From: Candidatus Marinacidobacterales bacterium
Lineage (GTDB): Bacteria > Acidobacteriota > Vicinamibacteria > Marinacidobacterales > SMYC01
DNA length: 64,000 nucleotides
NCBI GenBank assembly: GCA_965224085.1
Contig: CBDCYI010000005.1
Location: forward strand, 2,112,001-2,176,000
Direction of reading: 5' to 3'
Part shown: one piece after another, positions 42,085 through 52,582 of the stretch
How the letters are laid out: every line of letters starts with the position of its first letter
Position numbering within the stretch: position 1 is the stretch's first letter
Translations under genes and position numbers: made by a program
The notes under the pieces: generated by a model
Told to the model about the DNA's origin: nothing
The model's input: the letters and a program-made list of their open reading frames with translations, nothing else
Databases searched by the model: none

Positions 42085-43231
42085 GATGGTGGAGGGAAGG
42101 GATCGGCCTGGAGGGAACCCACGGGAGAGGGCTAAGGTCCGGACACAGCGCCGGGTCGCCTTACCGCCAAATCTCACGCGGGTGAACGAAGCAGCGAAGC
42201 GAGATAGAAAGGCTCGGTTCACTGCGTTGCTGCATCACGTGGATCACGAAGCGCTCTATCGAGCGTTTCGTCGGTTGAAGCGCAGCGCAAGCGCTGGTGT
42301 CGACGGAGAGACTGTCGCCGATTACGAGAAGAACTTCGTGAGCAACATCAAGGATCTTTGCTCGCGGGTACACGCCGGTCGCTACCGACCACTACCGGTG
42401 CGGCGCGTGTACATTCCTAAGTCGGATGGCGGAAAGCGCCCTCTTGGCATCCCCGCACTGGAAGACAAGATTGTCCAAGGAGCGGTAGCCGAGGTTTTGA
42501 GCGCCGTCTACGAAGTCGATTTCATCGGGTTCTCGTACGGGTTTCGGCCCGGACGGAGCCCGCACCAAGCGTTGCACGCGCTCCACACCGCGCTCATGAC
42601 GCAACGCGTGAACTGGGTTCTCGACGCGGACATCCGCAAGTTCTTCGACTCGGTGGACCACGAGTGGTTGATGCGGATGCTTTCGCACCGGGTCGCCGAC
42701 AAACGCATCCTTCGACTCATCCGTCAGTGGTTGCGAGCCGGCGTACTGGAGAAAGGAGAGTGGAGCGAGACAACTGAAGGGACACCGCAAGGGGCAGGTG
42801 TGAGCCCGCTCTTGGCTAACGTCTTTCTGCACTACGTTCTAGATCTGTGGGTTCATCGATGGCGCCGGCTCGAAGCACAAGGCCGTATTTCCATCGTGCG
42901 ATACGCTGACGACTTCGTCATGGGCTTCCAGCATCGGACCGATGCCAGCAGGATGATGAGAGCGCTCAAGGAGCGACTAGCCCGATTCGGGCTTGCGCTC
43001 CACGAGAACAAGACCCGTTTGCTCGAGTTCGGGAGATTACCTTCCTTGTCACGCGAGCAACGGGGCCTTCGGCGGTGTGCGACGTTCGCTTTCCTGGGTT
43101 TCACTCATTATTGTGGGAGAACCCGCGATGGCCGTTTCGTCGTGAAGCGCAAAACGCAGAGCCAGCGGCTACGAGCCAAACTCAAGTCGCTACGGCTTCG
43201 CGCGAAGCAACGTATGCATGCTCCAGTCGCC
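42085..43231 (+). pseudogene. Truncated intron A RT (C-terminal maturase lost)
   Basis: Matches the copy 1 protein up to KQRMHAPVA, then reads into foreign sequence. Confidence 0.85.
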
Positions 43232-44039
43232 ATCGGGCTCGACGAAGAGGGCACCAATCTAGTTCTCTCCCGACCGATCGATACGATCTCGGCGCCCGGG
43301 CGTTGCGGGCGGTGTGTCGGCGGCGCGCCGACCTTGTAATTGAAAACCTTGCTCTGCGGCAGCAGGTGACGGCGCTCAAGAAGGAGCGCCCCAGGCCACC
43401 GCTCGACGACACGGACCGCGCATTCTGGGTTGCGCTCCGAAGCTCGTGGCCGGCGTGGGCGAGCCGCTTGGTCATCGTCAACGCAGACACAGTCGCCCGG
43501 TGGAATCGGGATCGATTCCGACGATTGGACTCGGAATCTCGCGCAGACGCTATCCAGGCCGACCTCGGATTGATGCCGAGACCCGCCACCTCATCCGCAC
43601 GATGTCGCAAGACGGCTGGGGCGCACCTCGTATCCACGCCGAGCTCAAGAAGCTCGCGGCGGCAGTTTCCGACCTAGCGCTCAGCGGTACCTCGCTTGTA
43701 TATCAGCTACCCACGAGGATCGTTGCCACTTGGGGCTCGAAAAAGACACGCCGAACGAGAGACTCATTACGCCGCGACCGTCACCCACGGCGAAAGTTGT
43801 CGCGCTGCCGAGAGTTGGTGGACTGCACCACCGCTACGCGTGGAGCGACGCAGCGTAGGGCAGTTTTATCGTCGCGAAACTCGCACCGCGGGAGCAGTCG
43901 TAGCTTGTGTTCTCCAGTTCGTGAAACCACAGGCCGCGTGTTCCTGGCAGCGTTTCGCCTACGTCGAGTCCGCCATCGTCCTCATCGCCGAGCCCCATGG
44001 GCCCAACTGTACCAGCGGACTAATAATGATGACGGACAG
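43232..44039 (+). mobile_element. Degenerate integrase-core (rve) IS remnant
   Basis: ENLALRQQ...DTVARW...WGAPRIHAELKKL is joined by a deletion to YHEDRCHLGLEKDTP...VGGLHHRY. Boundaries are approximate. Confidence 0.7.
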
Positions 44040-44287
44040 GTGTGATTGTTGGTCCTTCGCCATGATCGTGATATGGTCTGTGTGCGGTAGTGTATCGAAC
44101 GCCGTTCGCCAATGTTGAGTTGCGCGTCGGGTAGCGCAGGGAATCGTTGAATCGCCACGATAGTCGTCCTCAACGGGCTGTTCTCGGAGGCTGAGCACGG
44201 TGACCATTCTTACGGGCTGCGCGCCCAGCCCGTATGGGCTTTCGTTGTAGTCCGCAGCGGAGCGGGACCTTCGTAAGGAGAGAATGG

Positions 44288-46801
44288 ATGATCAGGACAC
44301 TCGCTCTTGGTGCCGTGATCGCGGGGATCGGGCTGGCAATAGGTAGCAGCCCGGTAGGCGCCTTGCCGTCCCCCGGGCAAGAAACAGGGGCCGTATCCGC
44401 TGCGTCGTTCGCGCGCGAGACCCCGACCGAGCCCGCAGCGCCCTCTCCTTCCCCTTCCGTTACGTCCGAAGCCCTGACCGAGGTGGTTCAGAGCTACTGC
44501 CTGGTCTGCCACGACGACCAGCAGATGACCGGGAACGTCTCGCTCCAGAACTTCGACGTCGAAAGAGCGGCGGAGCAGGCCGAGACGGCCGAGCGGATGA
44601 TCCGGAAACTGCGCTTGGGGATGATGCCGCCTGCAGGCATGCCCCGCCCCGAAGCGGACACCCTCCTGGCGCTGGTGGAGACCCTGGAGTCGAATGTCGA
44701 CGAGGCGGCCCGGACCGCTCCCGATCCAGGCGGGCGTCGGTTCCAGCGGCTCAGTCGGGTCGAATACGAGCGTGTGATCCACGACCTGCTGGCCCTGGAG
44801 GTGGACGCGGGCAAGTGGCTCCCTGTCGACCTTCTCATGGGCGCCTTCGACAACCAGTCGGCCGCCCAGCCGTTATCGCCGACCGTCCTGGATTCGTTTC
44901 TGAGGGCCGCCAGCGAGGTCGCTCGGCTGGCGGTGGGGAACCCCAAGGCCGCCCCCACCACGACGAAGCACGTGAATCCGGAGCGGGTTTCGCAGCACGC
45001 CTGGGATCGGCTCGAAGGCGCTCCGTTCGGAACCCGGGGAGGCATGGTGGTGACCCACGACTTCCCGGCGGACGGAGAATACGTCTTCCAGGTGAAGACC
45101 AAACAGGGGAGTGGGAATCAGACGGCGGTAGAGGATCTTGACATTTCCATCGACGGCGAGGGGGTCGCGCTCCTGATGCTCGAGCACAACGCAGGGGGGC
45201 GCAAGCGTGATGGCGTCGGCATTTTGCTGGCCGACCTGGAGGCGCGGGTCGGCATCCAGACCGAGCCGATCTTCGTCCGCGCGGGCCAGCACACGGTGTC
45301 GGCGGCGTTCGTCAACCTCATCGACGGTCCGTACGAGGATCGGTTCAGTCCTGTCGGATGGTCGGCCACCCATCCAATTACGAGCCAGCAGTACGGAATC
45401 ACCGGGCTGACGCACCTCAGCGAGCTGTGGATCACGGGCCCCAGCAATGTGTCCGGAGTGTCCGAGACGGCGAGTCGCCGAAAGATCTTCACCTGCCACC
45501 CGGCCTCGTCCGCCGAAGAGCGGCCCTGCGCCGAGTCGATCCTCACCGAACTGGCGACGCAGGCCTATCGGCGACCGGTGACGCAGCAAGACGTGGCGGA
45601 CCTGCTGTACTTCTACGACGAGGGAGCCGCCGAAGAGGGATTTGAACGCGGGGTTCGGATGGGGTTGCAGTCCATCCTCATGTCGCCCGATTTCCTGTTC
45701 CGGCTGGAGCGGGAGCCCGCCAGCGCCCGGCCGGGTGAGAGCTATCGACTGAGCGACGTCGAGCTCGCGACACGGCTCTCCTTCTTTCTGTGGGCCACGG
45801 CCCCGGACGAGGAACTCCTCGAGGTCGCCGCGAGCGGCCGGCTTTCGAACCCTGTCGTCCTCGAGCAGCAGGTCGAGCGGATGCTCGAGGATCCCCGGTC
45901 CGAGACGCTCGCCACCCGTTTCGCGCACCAGTGGTTGAGGCTGGAGGACGTCGGGGAGATCTGGCCGCAAGCGTATCTGTATCCGGATTTCACCGGACAG
46001 CTCGCCGACGCGTTGGTGCGGGAGACCGAGCTGTTCTTCCAGTCCCTTGTCGACGAGGACCGGAGCCTGCTCGAGCTCTTGGACGCCGACTACACTTTCG
46101 TCAACGAGCGTCTGGCCCGGCACTACCAGATCGAAGGAATCTACGGGGATGGATTCCGCCGTATCCAGTACCTGGACGACGGGCGCCGTGGAGTCCTCAG
46201 CCACGCGAGCGTGCTGCATCTGACCTCCATGGCGGACCGGACGTCTCCGGTGCTGCGCGGGAAGTGGGTCATGGAGGTGCTGCTCGGGTCGCCGCCGCCG
46301 CCGCCGCCGGAGAACGTGCCGGCTTTCGAGGAAACTCCGGCCGTCGACGAAGGCCGCCCTCTAAACACGCGCGAGCGGATGGAAGCACACCGCGCCAGCC
46401 CGGCGTGTAACTCCTGCCACCGCTTCATGGACCCGATCGGTCTGGCGCTCGACAGCTTCGACGCCACCGGCAGGTGGCGGATCCGTGAGAACATGGTGCC
46501 GCTCGACACGCGGGGCGACTTCTACGACGGTACGCCGATCGCCACGCCCACCGAGCTTGTCGGCGCGCTCCTGAAGCGCCCGATCCCGCTCGTACGGAAC
46601 TTCACCGAAAACCTGCTGTCATACTCGCTCGGCCGTCCCGTGGAGCACTTCGACCAGCCGACGATCCGCGCGATCGTCCGAGAGGCTGAAGCCAACAATT
46701 ATCACATGTCGTCCTTCATCTTCGGAGTGGTGAAGAGCTATGCTTTCCATATGAAACGGATGGAGCCGGCCGTCACCGCCGACGCTGGGGCCGGCCATTA
46801 A
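44288..46801 (+). CDS. DUF1592/DUF1588-type (PSD/PSCyt) cytochrome c domain protein
   Basis: AAGGAG RBS; signal peptide; CLVCH and CNSCH; RLSRVEY, LATRLSFFLW and TSPVLRGKWV. Confidence 0.85.
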   Translation: MIRTLALGAVIAGIGLAIGSSPVGALPSPGQETGAVSAASFARETPTEPAAPSPSPSVTSEALTEVVQSYCLVCHDDQQMTGNVSLQNFDVERAAEQAETAERMIRKLRLGMMPPAGMPRPEADTLLALVETLESNVDEAARTAPDPGGRRFQRLSRVEYERVIHDLLALEVDAGKWLPVDLLMGAFDNQSAAQPLSPTVLDSFLRAASEVARLAVGNPKAAPTTTKHVNPERVSQHAWDRLEGAPFGTRGGMVVTHDFPADGEYVFQVKTKQGSGNQTAVEDLDISIDGEGVALLMLEHNAGGRKRDGVGILLADLEARVGIQTEPIFVRAGQHTVSAAFVNLIDGPYEDRFSPVGWSATHPITSQQYGITGLTHLSELWITGPSNVSGVSETASRRKIFTCHPASSAEERPCAESILTELATQAYRRPVTQQDVADLLYFYDEGAAEEGFERGVRMGLQSILMSPDFLFRLEREPASARPGESYRLSDVELATRLSFFLWATAPDEELLEVAASGRLSNPVVLEQQVERMLEDPRSETLATRFAHQWLRLEDVGEIWPQAYLYPDFTGQLADALVRETELFFQSLVDEDRSLLELLDADYTFVNERLARHYQIEGIYGDGFRRIQYLDDGRRGVLSHASVLHLTSMADRTSPVLRGKWVMEVLLGSPPPPPPENVPAFEETPAVDEGRPLNTRERMEAHRASPACNSCHRFMDPIGLALDSFDATGRWRIRENMVPLDTRGDFYDGTPIATPTELVGALLKRPIPLVRNFTENLLSYSLGRPVEHFDQPTIRAIVREAEANNYHMSSFIFGVVKSYAFHMKRMEPAVTADAGAGH

Positions 46802-46836
46802 ATAAATATTACCCAACAGTTGAGGAGACTCAGACC

Positions 46837-48237
46837 ATGTCCTACGTCACGGGCAAACACATACCTCGACGGACCTTTCTCCGGGGTGCCGGCGCCATGG
46901 TGGCGCTGCCGTTCATGGAGGCGATGGTACCGGCCGGGCGAGCCTGGCAAGACCCCGCGTCGGAGCGGTTCACGCGCTTCATCGGCGTTGAAGAATCGAT
47001 GGGCTGTGCCGGCGGCAGCGACTGGGGCGACCAGAAGCACCTCTTCGCGCCGGCGAAGGTCGGTCGCGACTTCGATTTCATAGAGGACAGCCATCTGAAG
47101 CACCTCGAGGCGTTCCGGGACTATCTGACGGTCGTCAGCCAGACCGATGTGAGAATGGCGAGCTCCCTGACGCCCGACGAGATCGGTGGCGGCCACGATC
47201 GCGCGTCTGCGGTGTTCCTGACCCAGGCCCATCCGCTGCGCAAATCGGGCGTGGTCTACCTCGGCAAATCGCTGGACCAGTACCATGCCGACCGCTTCGG
47301 ACAGGATACCGTGCTGCCCTCGCTGGAGCTTACCACCGAGCTGGGGGGTCCCGGCGGGTGCGAATACAGCTATCACTGCGCGTATGGAACGACGATCGCC
47401 TGGGCGAGTCCCATCTCGCCGCTTCAGCCGATCGCCGATCCGAGGACCGTGTTCGAGCAGCTCTTCGGCGTCGGTGACTCGGCGGCGGATCGTGCTGCCC
47501 GGCGGCAGACGAACGGGAGCCTGCTCGACTGGGTCGGTACCAAACTGGCCGAGCTGAAGCGGGAGCTGGGAGCGGTGGACCGCCAGACCCTGGACCAGTA
47601 TACGACCCACATCCGCGAGATGGAGCGGCGGATCCAGCTGGTCGAGGCGAAGAACGCGAGCGGCGAGGAGCGCGCGATGCCGGAGGCGCCGTCGGGTGTT
47701 CCCGACCGGTGGGAGGATCATCTGCAGTTGATGTTCGACCTCCAGGTGGTGGCGTTGCAGGCGGACCTCACGCGCGTGATCACCCTCAAGCCCGGGGCCG
47801 ACCGATCGAGCATGACCTTCCCGGAGTGTGGAACGAGCAAGCCGTGGCACTCGGCCTCGCACCACGGAAACACGCCCGAAGGCATCATGGACTACAACAA
47901 GATCAACCGGTACCGCCTGGGTCAGTTCGCGTACTTCCTGGAGAAGCTGAAGAACACCATCGAGGGTGACGCTTCCCTGCTGGACAAGACCGTCATCGTC
48001 TGGGGCTCCGCGATGGGGGATGGGAACGTGCACAACAACGTTCGCTGCCCGCTGCTCCTGATGGGGCACGCGAACGGAGCGCTGGAGGGCAACCTCCACC
48101 TGAGGGCCGAGAAAGGGACGCCGATGGCGAATGTCTTCCTGAGCCTGATGCATCGAATCGGACACGACGACATGGAGTTCTTCGGCGACAGCACAGGCGA
48201 ATTCCCGCTGAGCTTTCCCGGAGAGTCTGTGGATTAA
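46837..48237 (+). CDS. DUF1552 family protein (Tat-like RRTFLRG)
   Basis: RRTFLRGAGAMVALPFMEAM, HSASHH and GSAMGDGNVH; standard partner of the upstream family. Confidence 0.85.
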   Translation: MSYVTGKHIPRRTFLRGAGAMVALPFMEAMVPAGRAWQDPASERFTRFIGVEESMGCAGGSDWGDQKHLFAPAKVGRDFDFIEDSHLKHLEAFRDYLTVVSQTDVRMASSLTPDEIGGGHDRASAVFLTQAHPLRKSGVVYLGKSLDQYHADRFGQDTVLPSLELTTELGGPGGCEYSYHCAYGTTIAWASPISPLQPIADPRTVFEQLFGVGDSAADRAARRQTNGSLLDWVGTKLAELKRELGAVDRQTLDQYTTHIREMERRIQLVEAKNASGEERAMPEAPSGVPDRWEDHLQLMFDLQVVALQADLTRVITLKPGADRSSMTFPECGTSKPWHSASHHGNTPEGIMDYNKINRYRLGQFAYFLEKLKNTIEGDASLLDKTVIVWGSAMGDGNVHNNVRCPLLLMGHANGALEGNLHLRAEKGTPMANVFLSLMHRIGHDDMEFFGDSTGEFPLSFPGESVD

Positions 48238-48250
48238 AGGGGGGCAAGCA

Positions 48251-50173
48251 ATGAAACCGAGAGCAGGGGCGTGCCTGATCGCTGTCGTCCTCGCAATCGC
48301 GCTAGTGAGTGGGACGGCCGCCGCTGAAGATCGGGCGCTGCTGGACGCGACGAAGCGCGGTGACGTGGGGGCCGTCCGGTCGCTGCTCGCCGATGGCGCG
48401 GATCCGAACGCGGCCCAGGGGGACGGTTTGACGGCGCTGCACCTGGCCGCCCAGGCTGGGAACATAGAGATCGCCCAACTTCTGATCGATGCGGGGGCCC
48501 GGGTCGCGGCGACGACGCGGATCGGCGGCTACATGCCGATACACCTCGCCAGCGGGGCCGCTCAGGCATCCCTCGTCAGCGCGCTCATCGAGGCCGGCGC
48601 CGAACCGGGGGTGGCGACGACGGGTAGCGGCGTGACGACGCTCCACCTCGCCGCGAAAGCGTTCAACGGCGAGAGCACGGTCCGTGTGCTGCTGGAGCGC
48701 GGCGCACCCGTGGACGCGCTGGAGGCCTCCGCCGGGCAGACGCCGTTGATGTTCGCGGCGTCGTACGGCCGCACGGCAGCGGTCCGCGAGCTCCTCGGTC
48801 ACGGCGCGGATCCAGCGATCCACACCGAAGTCGTCGATGTGTTGAAGAGAATGGTCATCGACCAAGCAGCGCAGACACGCCTCCAGGAGGCGCAGAAGGA
48901 GATCCTCGAGAGCTCGCCGGAGGGAACCGGCCGGGGTTTGACCCCTGCGGAGGCGCAGGCGGCCGTCGCCGTCCAGCGCGAGTTCCTGCGCTCGGATGAG
49001 GCCATCGAGAAGTTGCTCGTGGACTTCCATCCGGGCGATCTGGCGAACCGAAGGCTTTACATGGCGACGGAAGTCGAGTACCTGGCGCGACCGTGGTTTG
49101 AGACGCTGGTCGGCAAAACAGGCGGGTTGACGGCGTTGCTGCACGCGGCCCGCGAAGGCCATATCGAAGCGGCGGAGGCGCTCCTGGACGGCGGAGCCGA
49201 CATCGACCAGGTCAGCGGCGGCGACGGAAGCAGTCCCCTCGTCAGCGCCGTGCAGAATGGTCACTTCGATCTGGCGCTGGTTCTGATCGAGCGCGGCGCG
49301 AATCCGAACCTGGCGACCCACACCGACCGGGTCGCACCGCTCTTTGGTGTGCTGCAGACCCAGTGGGCGAACTTTACCAGTCACCCGGTGCCCAGAGCGC
49401 ATGAGCACCAGCAGAGCACGTACTTGGACGTGCTGCGTGCGCTGCTGGCGGCGGGCGCCGACCCGAACGTGCCCATCAAGAGGCACCTGTGGTACTGGGA
49501 ATTCGTCGTCGGACGGGTGGGGCTCGACGTCAACGGTGCCACCCCGTTCTGGCGGGCCGCGTTCGCGCTGGACATCGAGGCGATGAAGCTGCTGGCGGCC
49601 TCCGGCGCCGACCCGAACGTTCCGACCAGGTGGGACGAGGTCGGCATGAGAGGTTCACGGCAAGAGGACGGGCGAAGCGGGGATGACTCGGGGTTGCCGC
49701 CGTTTCCCAAGGGCACGGCCAACATGTATCCCATACACGCTGCGGCGGGGGGTGGTTGGCTGGGGTTTGTAGCCGTCGACTTGCGCCAGGTGCCGAACAA
49801 CTTCTTCTATGCTGTGAAGTACCTGGTCGAGGAGCATGGCGCGGACGTCAACGTGCCCAACTCGTGGGGTTACACGCCGCTCCACTATGCGGCGGCCAGG
49901 GGCGACAACCGCCTCATCGATTACCTGCTGGCGAAGGGCGCCGACCTGCACGCAATCAGCCGGCTTGGCCAGTCGGCGGTCGATATGGCCCGTGGCGGCG
50001 GAGCCGGATACCACCGTCGGTCGCCGTTCCCGGAGACCGTGAAGTACATGTTGCGCCTCGGCGCCGAGTTCAAGTGTATCGACACCCACTTCCGGGGCAC
50101 CGGGGCCTGGTGCCCGGGTGCTGGCGTGCCGCCGTTCGAGGGAGCGATAATAACGCTACCACCACCCCAATAG
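48251..50173 (+). CDS. Secreted ankyrin-repeat protein
   Basis: Signal peptide; many G.TALH.AA and GADPN repeats. Confidence 0.88.
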   Translation: MKPRAGACLIAVVLAIALVSGTAAAEDRALLDATKRGDVGAVRSLLADGADPNAAQGDGLTALHLAAQAGNIEIAQLLIDAGARVAATTRIGGYMPIHLASGAAQASLVSALIEAGAEPGVATTGSGVTTLHLAAKAFNGESTVRVLLERGAPVDALEASAGQTPLMFAASYGRTAAVRELLGHGADPAIHTEVVDVLKRMVIDQAAQTRLQEAQKEILESSPEGTGRGLTPAEAQAAVAVQREFLRSDEAIEKLLVDFHPGDLANRRLYMATEVEYLARPWFETLVGKTGGLTALLHAAREGHIEAAEALLDGGADIDQVSGGDGSSPLVSAVQNGHFDLALVLIERGANPNLATHTDRVAPLFGVLQTQWANFTSHPVPRAHEHQQSTYLDVLRALLAAGADPNVPIKRHLWYWEFVVGRVGLDVNGATPFWRAAFALDIEAMKLLAASGADPNVPTRWDEVGMRGSRQEDGRSGDDSGLPPFPKGTANMYPIHAAAGGGWLGFVAVDLRQVPNNFFYAVKYLVEEHGADVNVPNSWGYTPLHYAAARGDNRLIDYLLAKGADLHAISRLGQSAVDMARGGGAGYHRRSPFPETVKYMLRLGAEFKCIDTHFRGTGAWCPGAGVPPFEGAIITLPPPQ

Positions 50174-50302
50174 CGCCGTTCGAAACCCGGTTGGCTTACC
50201 AATACCACTGGCGAGCCCTGCGGGGCATACGTTTGCCTCCCCTCGGCGCCGTCGAAGCCCTCGTCGGGGCCGAATCTTCAAGAGACTCCGACGCCGCTCG
50301 AC

Positions 50303-50714
50303 TTGGAAATACTCCCCTGCGAAGACAACCCCGTGAATCAATTGGTCGTCACGGAATTTCTCGACGTGCTCGGCTGCAAAGTGGACGCGGTAGCGAAGGG
50401 ACTGGAAGCGCTCGAGGCCATTGCCTCGAAATCGTACGACCTCGTGCTAATGGATTGCCACATGCCAAAACTTGACGGGTACGAAACGACGCGGCGGATC
50501 CGAAGAGCGGAGTCGAAGCGTGCGTCAATCGATGACGATGAATCGTGGACGTCACTTACACTCCCGTCTGACGATCGTCGCCTTGACGGCGGACGCCGTG
50601 GAAGACGCCCGGCAATCGTGCCTTGACGTCGGAATGGACGACTACTTGTCGAAACCCTTCACTCAGACACAGCTGAACGACATATTGTCCACTTGGAGCG
50701 TCCGAGCGAGATGA
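50303..50714 (+). pseudogene. Frameshifted receiver domain (hybrid kinase C-terminus remnant)
   Basis: EDNPVNQ...DLVLMDCHMPKLDGYE in one frame and IVALTADA...GMDDYLSKPF in another. Confidence 0.75.
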
Positions 50715-50733
50715 AATCGAATTCGAGTGCCGC

Positions 50734-52572
50734 TCAGCAGGAGACGCAGTTGTGATTGTTGACCGAGCCGAGCTGCTCCAATAACGCCAAGGCCTCCGGA
50801 AATGGCTGCACGCGCTGCACGGGACCGTTCGCCATGTCAGCCGTCGACTGCCCGCGACGGCTTATCGCGTTGACATCGCAACCTTTATCGTAAAGATACT
50901 GGACCATCTCCGCGTCGCCGCGACTGGCGGCGTGGTGTAGCGCGTTATAGGCATCATGATCCCGGGCGTTCACGTCTGCGCCCAACTCTTCGACGAGGTA
51001 GCGTACCGCCGCCATCGAGCCCGCGGGGTGATGGCGATGTGAGTTCGCCGCGAAGCCTCTACCATAGCCCACCCCCGCCGCGGCGAGGAGAGGACTGACG
51101 GCATCGCCGCCCGGTGGCACCGGGACCACGCCCGAGACGTCTTCTTTTTCCTCTTGCGGGCCAATGCCATCGCTTGGATCGACTTCCGGTTTCAAAGTAG
51201 GAAAATTCGGGTCGGCGCCGTAGGCCACGAGAAGCTTCATGGCGTCGACATCCGTACCATAGGCGGCGCGCCAGAAGGCGGTCGCGCCGTTCTCGTTCAC
51301 GCCGGAGAGGTCGAAGTTATAGCCGGAGTACCACAATTTCTTTTTCAGTCGGGCGTTGGGATCGGCGCCGGCCTCGAGCACCAATTTCATGAGCTCGAGA
51401 TAGGAGACTTCCTGCTGCCGGTAAGCCTGTGGCTGCGGGTAGAGGGCTTTGGGCGACCACTGCAAATTGATTGCGCCGTAGAGGGGTGTCGCTCCCGCTT
51501 CGCTCGCTAGGCTCGGGTCCGCTCCCCGGTCGAGCAGAGACTTGGCGAGATCGAAGTGGCCGTTGATGGTCGCGATGAGAAGGGGGCTCGTGTGATCACC
51601 GCCGCTCGCGACGTTGACGTCCGAGCCCGCGGCGACGAGCGCCTCGACGGCTTCCCGATTGCCTTGACGCGAAGCGAGAAGGAGCGCGGTCATCCCGCCT
51701 TGATTGCCGACGAGCTCGCCAAAAGGGCTACGGCGGAAGCGGCGCCGTTGCTCGGTTTTCTTTTCGCCTCCGACACCCGGAACCCATCCGAAGACTTTGG
51801 CGAAAACGCTCTTTCCCTCGTCCTTGGAAGGTGGGGTCTCTTCGACGCCCTTGGGCGGCTCCACACCTTTGGCTTCGGCCGCCGCAGCGGCCTTGGCGGC
51901 GGCTTCGCGTTCGTTGCGGCGCTCGCGGTCGGCTTCGGACCACTTCTTCTCGATCGCGGCGGTCTCGACGATTTTGGTTGCCATCGTGATGTCGGCGCCG
52001 TTTTCGACGAGCACGTCTATCACATCACCCCGGTTGTAAGCGGCCGCGAACATGAGCGCCGCTTGTCCCCGGGACGGCTCGACGGCGTTCACTTCTGCGC
52101 CGTGCTCCAAGAGAATGGACACCGCGTCGGGATTTCCCGAGGCCGCCGCAAGCATGAGAGGCGTCGCGCCCATCGACGTCGAGACGTTGACGTCCGCCGA
52201 AGCGTTCACGAGGGTTTCCACCACGGCCGCGTCGCCGGTCTTCGCGGCGAGGAAGAGCGGTGTGAACGCGCCGAGCCGGGTTGCGGCCTTCACGTTGGCG
52301 CCCGCGTAGAGAAGCATTTCCGCCATCTCGACATCCGCTTTCACCGCGGCCCAGTGAAGAGCGGTCATGCCGTCGCCTTGAGCCGCGTTCACGTCGACGC
52401 CTTGTTTCAACAAGGCGCGCACGGTCTCCCCGTCGCCTTGCCTCGCGGCGTCCGCCACCGGTGACGCACCCATTTTCGGAATATCTTTGGGTGCTGCCGC
52501 AATGAGGGCGACGCAGCACAAAGCGGCTGAAGCGCTAAGTCCTAGCTTGTTTGCCAACATTGGTGACTCCAT
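50734..52572 (-). CDS. Secreted ankyrin-repeat protein (paralog)
   Basis: Ankyrin repeats, GATAFWRAAY and terminal CVSC. Confidence 0.88.
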   Translation of the reverse strand: MESPMLANKLGLSASAALCCVALIAAAPKDIPKMGASPVADAARQGDGETVRALLKQGVDVNAAQGDGMTALHWAAVKADVEMAEMLLYAGANVKAATRLGAFTPLFLAAKTGDAAVVETLVNASADVNVSTSMGATPLMLAAASGNPDAVSILLEHGAEVNAVEPSRGQAALMFAAAYNRGDVIDVLVENGADITMATKIVETAAIEKKWSEADRERRNEREAAAKAAAAAEAKGVEPPKGVEETPPSKDEGKSVFAKVFGWVPGVGGEKKTEQRRRFRRSPFGELVGNQGGMTALLLASRQGNREAVEALVAAGSDVNVASGGDHTSPLLIATINGHFDLAKSLLDRGADPSLASEAGATPLYGAINLQWSPKALYPQPQAYRQQEVSYLELMKLVLEAGADPNARLKKKLWYSGYNFDLSGVNENGATAFWRAAYGTDVDAMKLLVAYGADPNFPTLKPEVDPSDGIGPQEEKEDVSGVVPVPPGGDAVSPLLAAAGVGYGRGFAANSHRHHPAGSMAAVRYLVEELGADVNARDHDAYNALHHAASRGDAEMVQYLYDKGCDVNAISRRGQSTADMANGPVQRVQPFPEALALLEQLGSVNNHNCVSC

Positions 52573-52582
52573 CAAACGTCGT

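Larger units (their letters stand above)
39630..43231 (+). mobile_element. Group II intron A, copy 2 (interrupted by intron B; 3' truncated)
   Basis: 39630-40025 and 42059-43231 are the reverse complement of copy 1, with about two substitutions visible from the translations. Identity ends at 43231, so DV and DVI are missing. Confidence 0.9.

Noticed and set aside
43231-43240. CATC after intron copy 2 as the displaced right IS tip
   Set aside because: It reads CATCGGG rather than CATCCC, and follows mid-ORF sequence rather than the intron 3' end.
36381-43339. RT genes as a retron, DGR or CRISPR-associated RT system
   Set aside because: Both RT types sit inside recognisable group II intron boundaries (copy 1 and intron B retain DV and DVI). 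No TR/VR pair, msr-msd or cas genes are present.
42038-43339. 433-aa RT with a novel C-terminus
   Set aside because: The tail is read-through past the truncation point at 43231.
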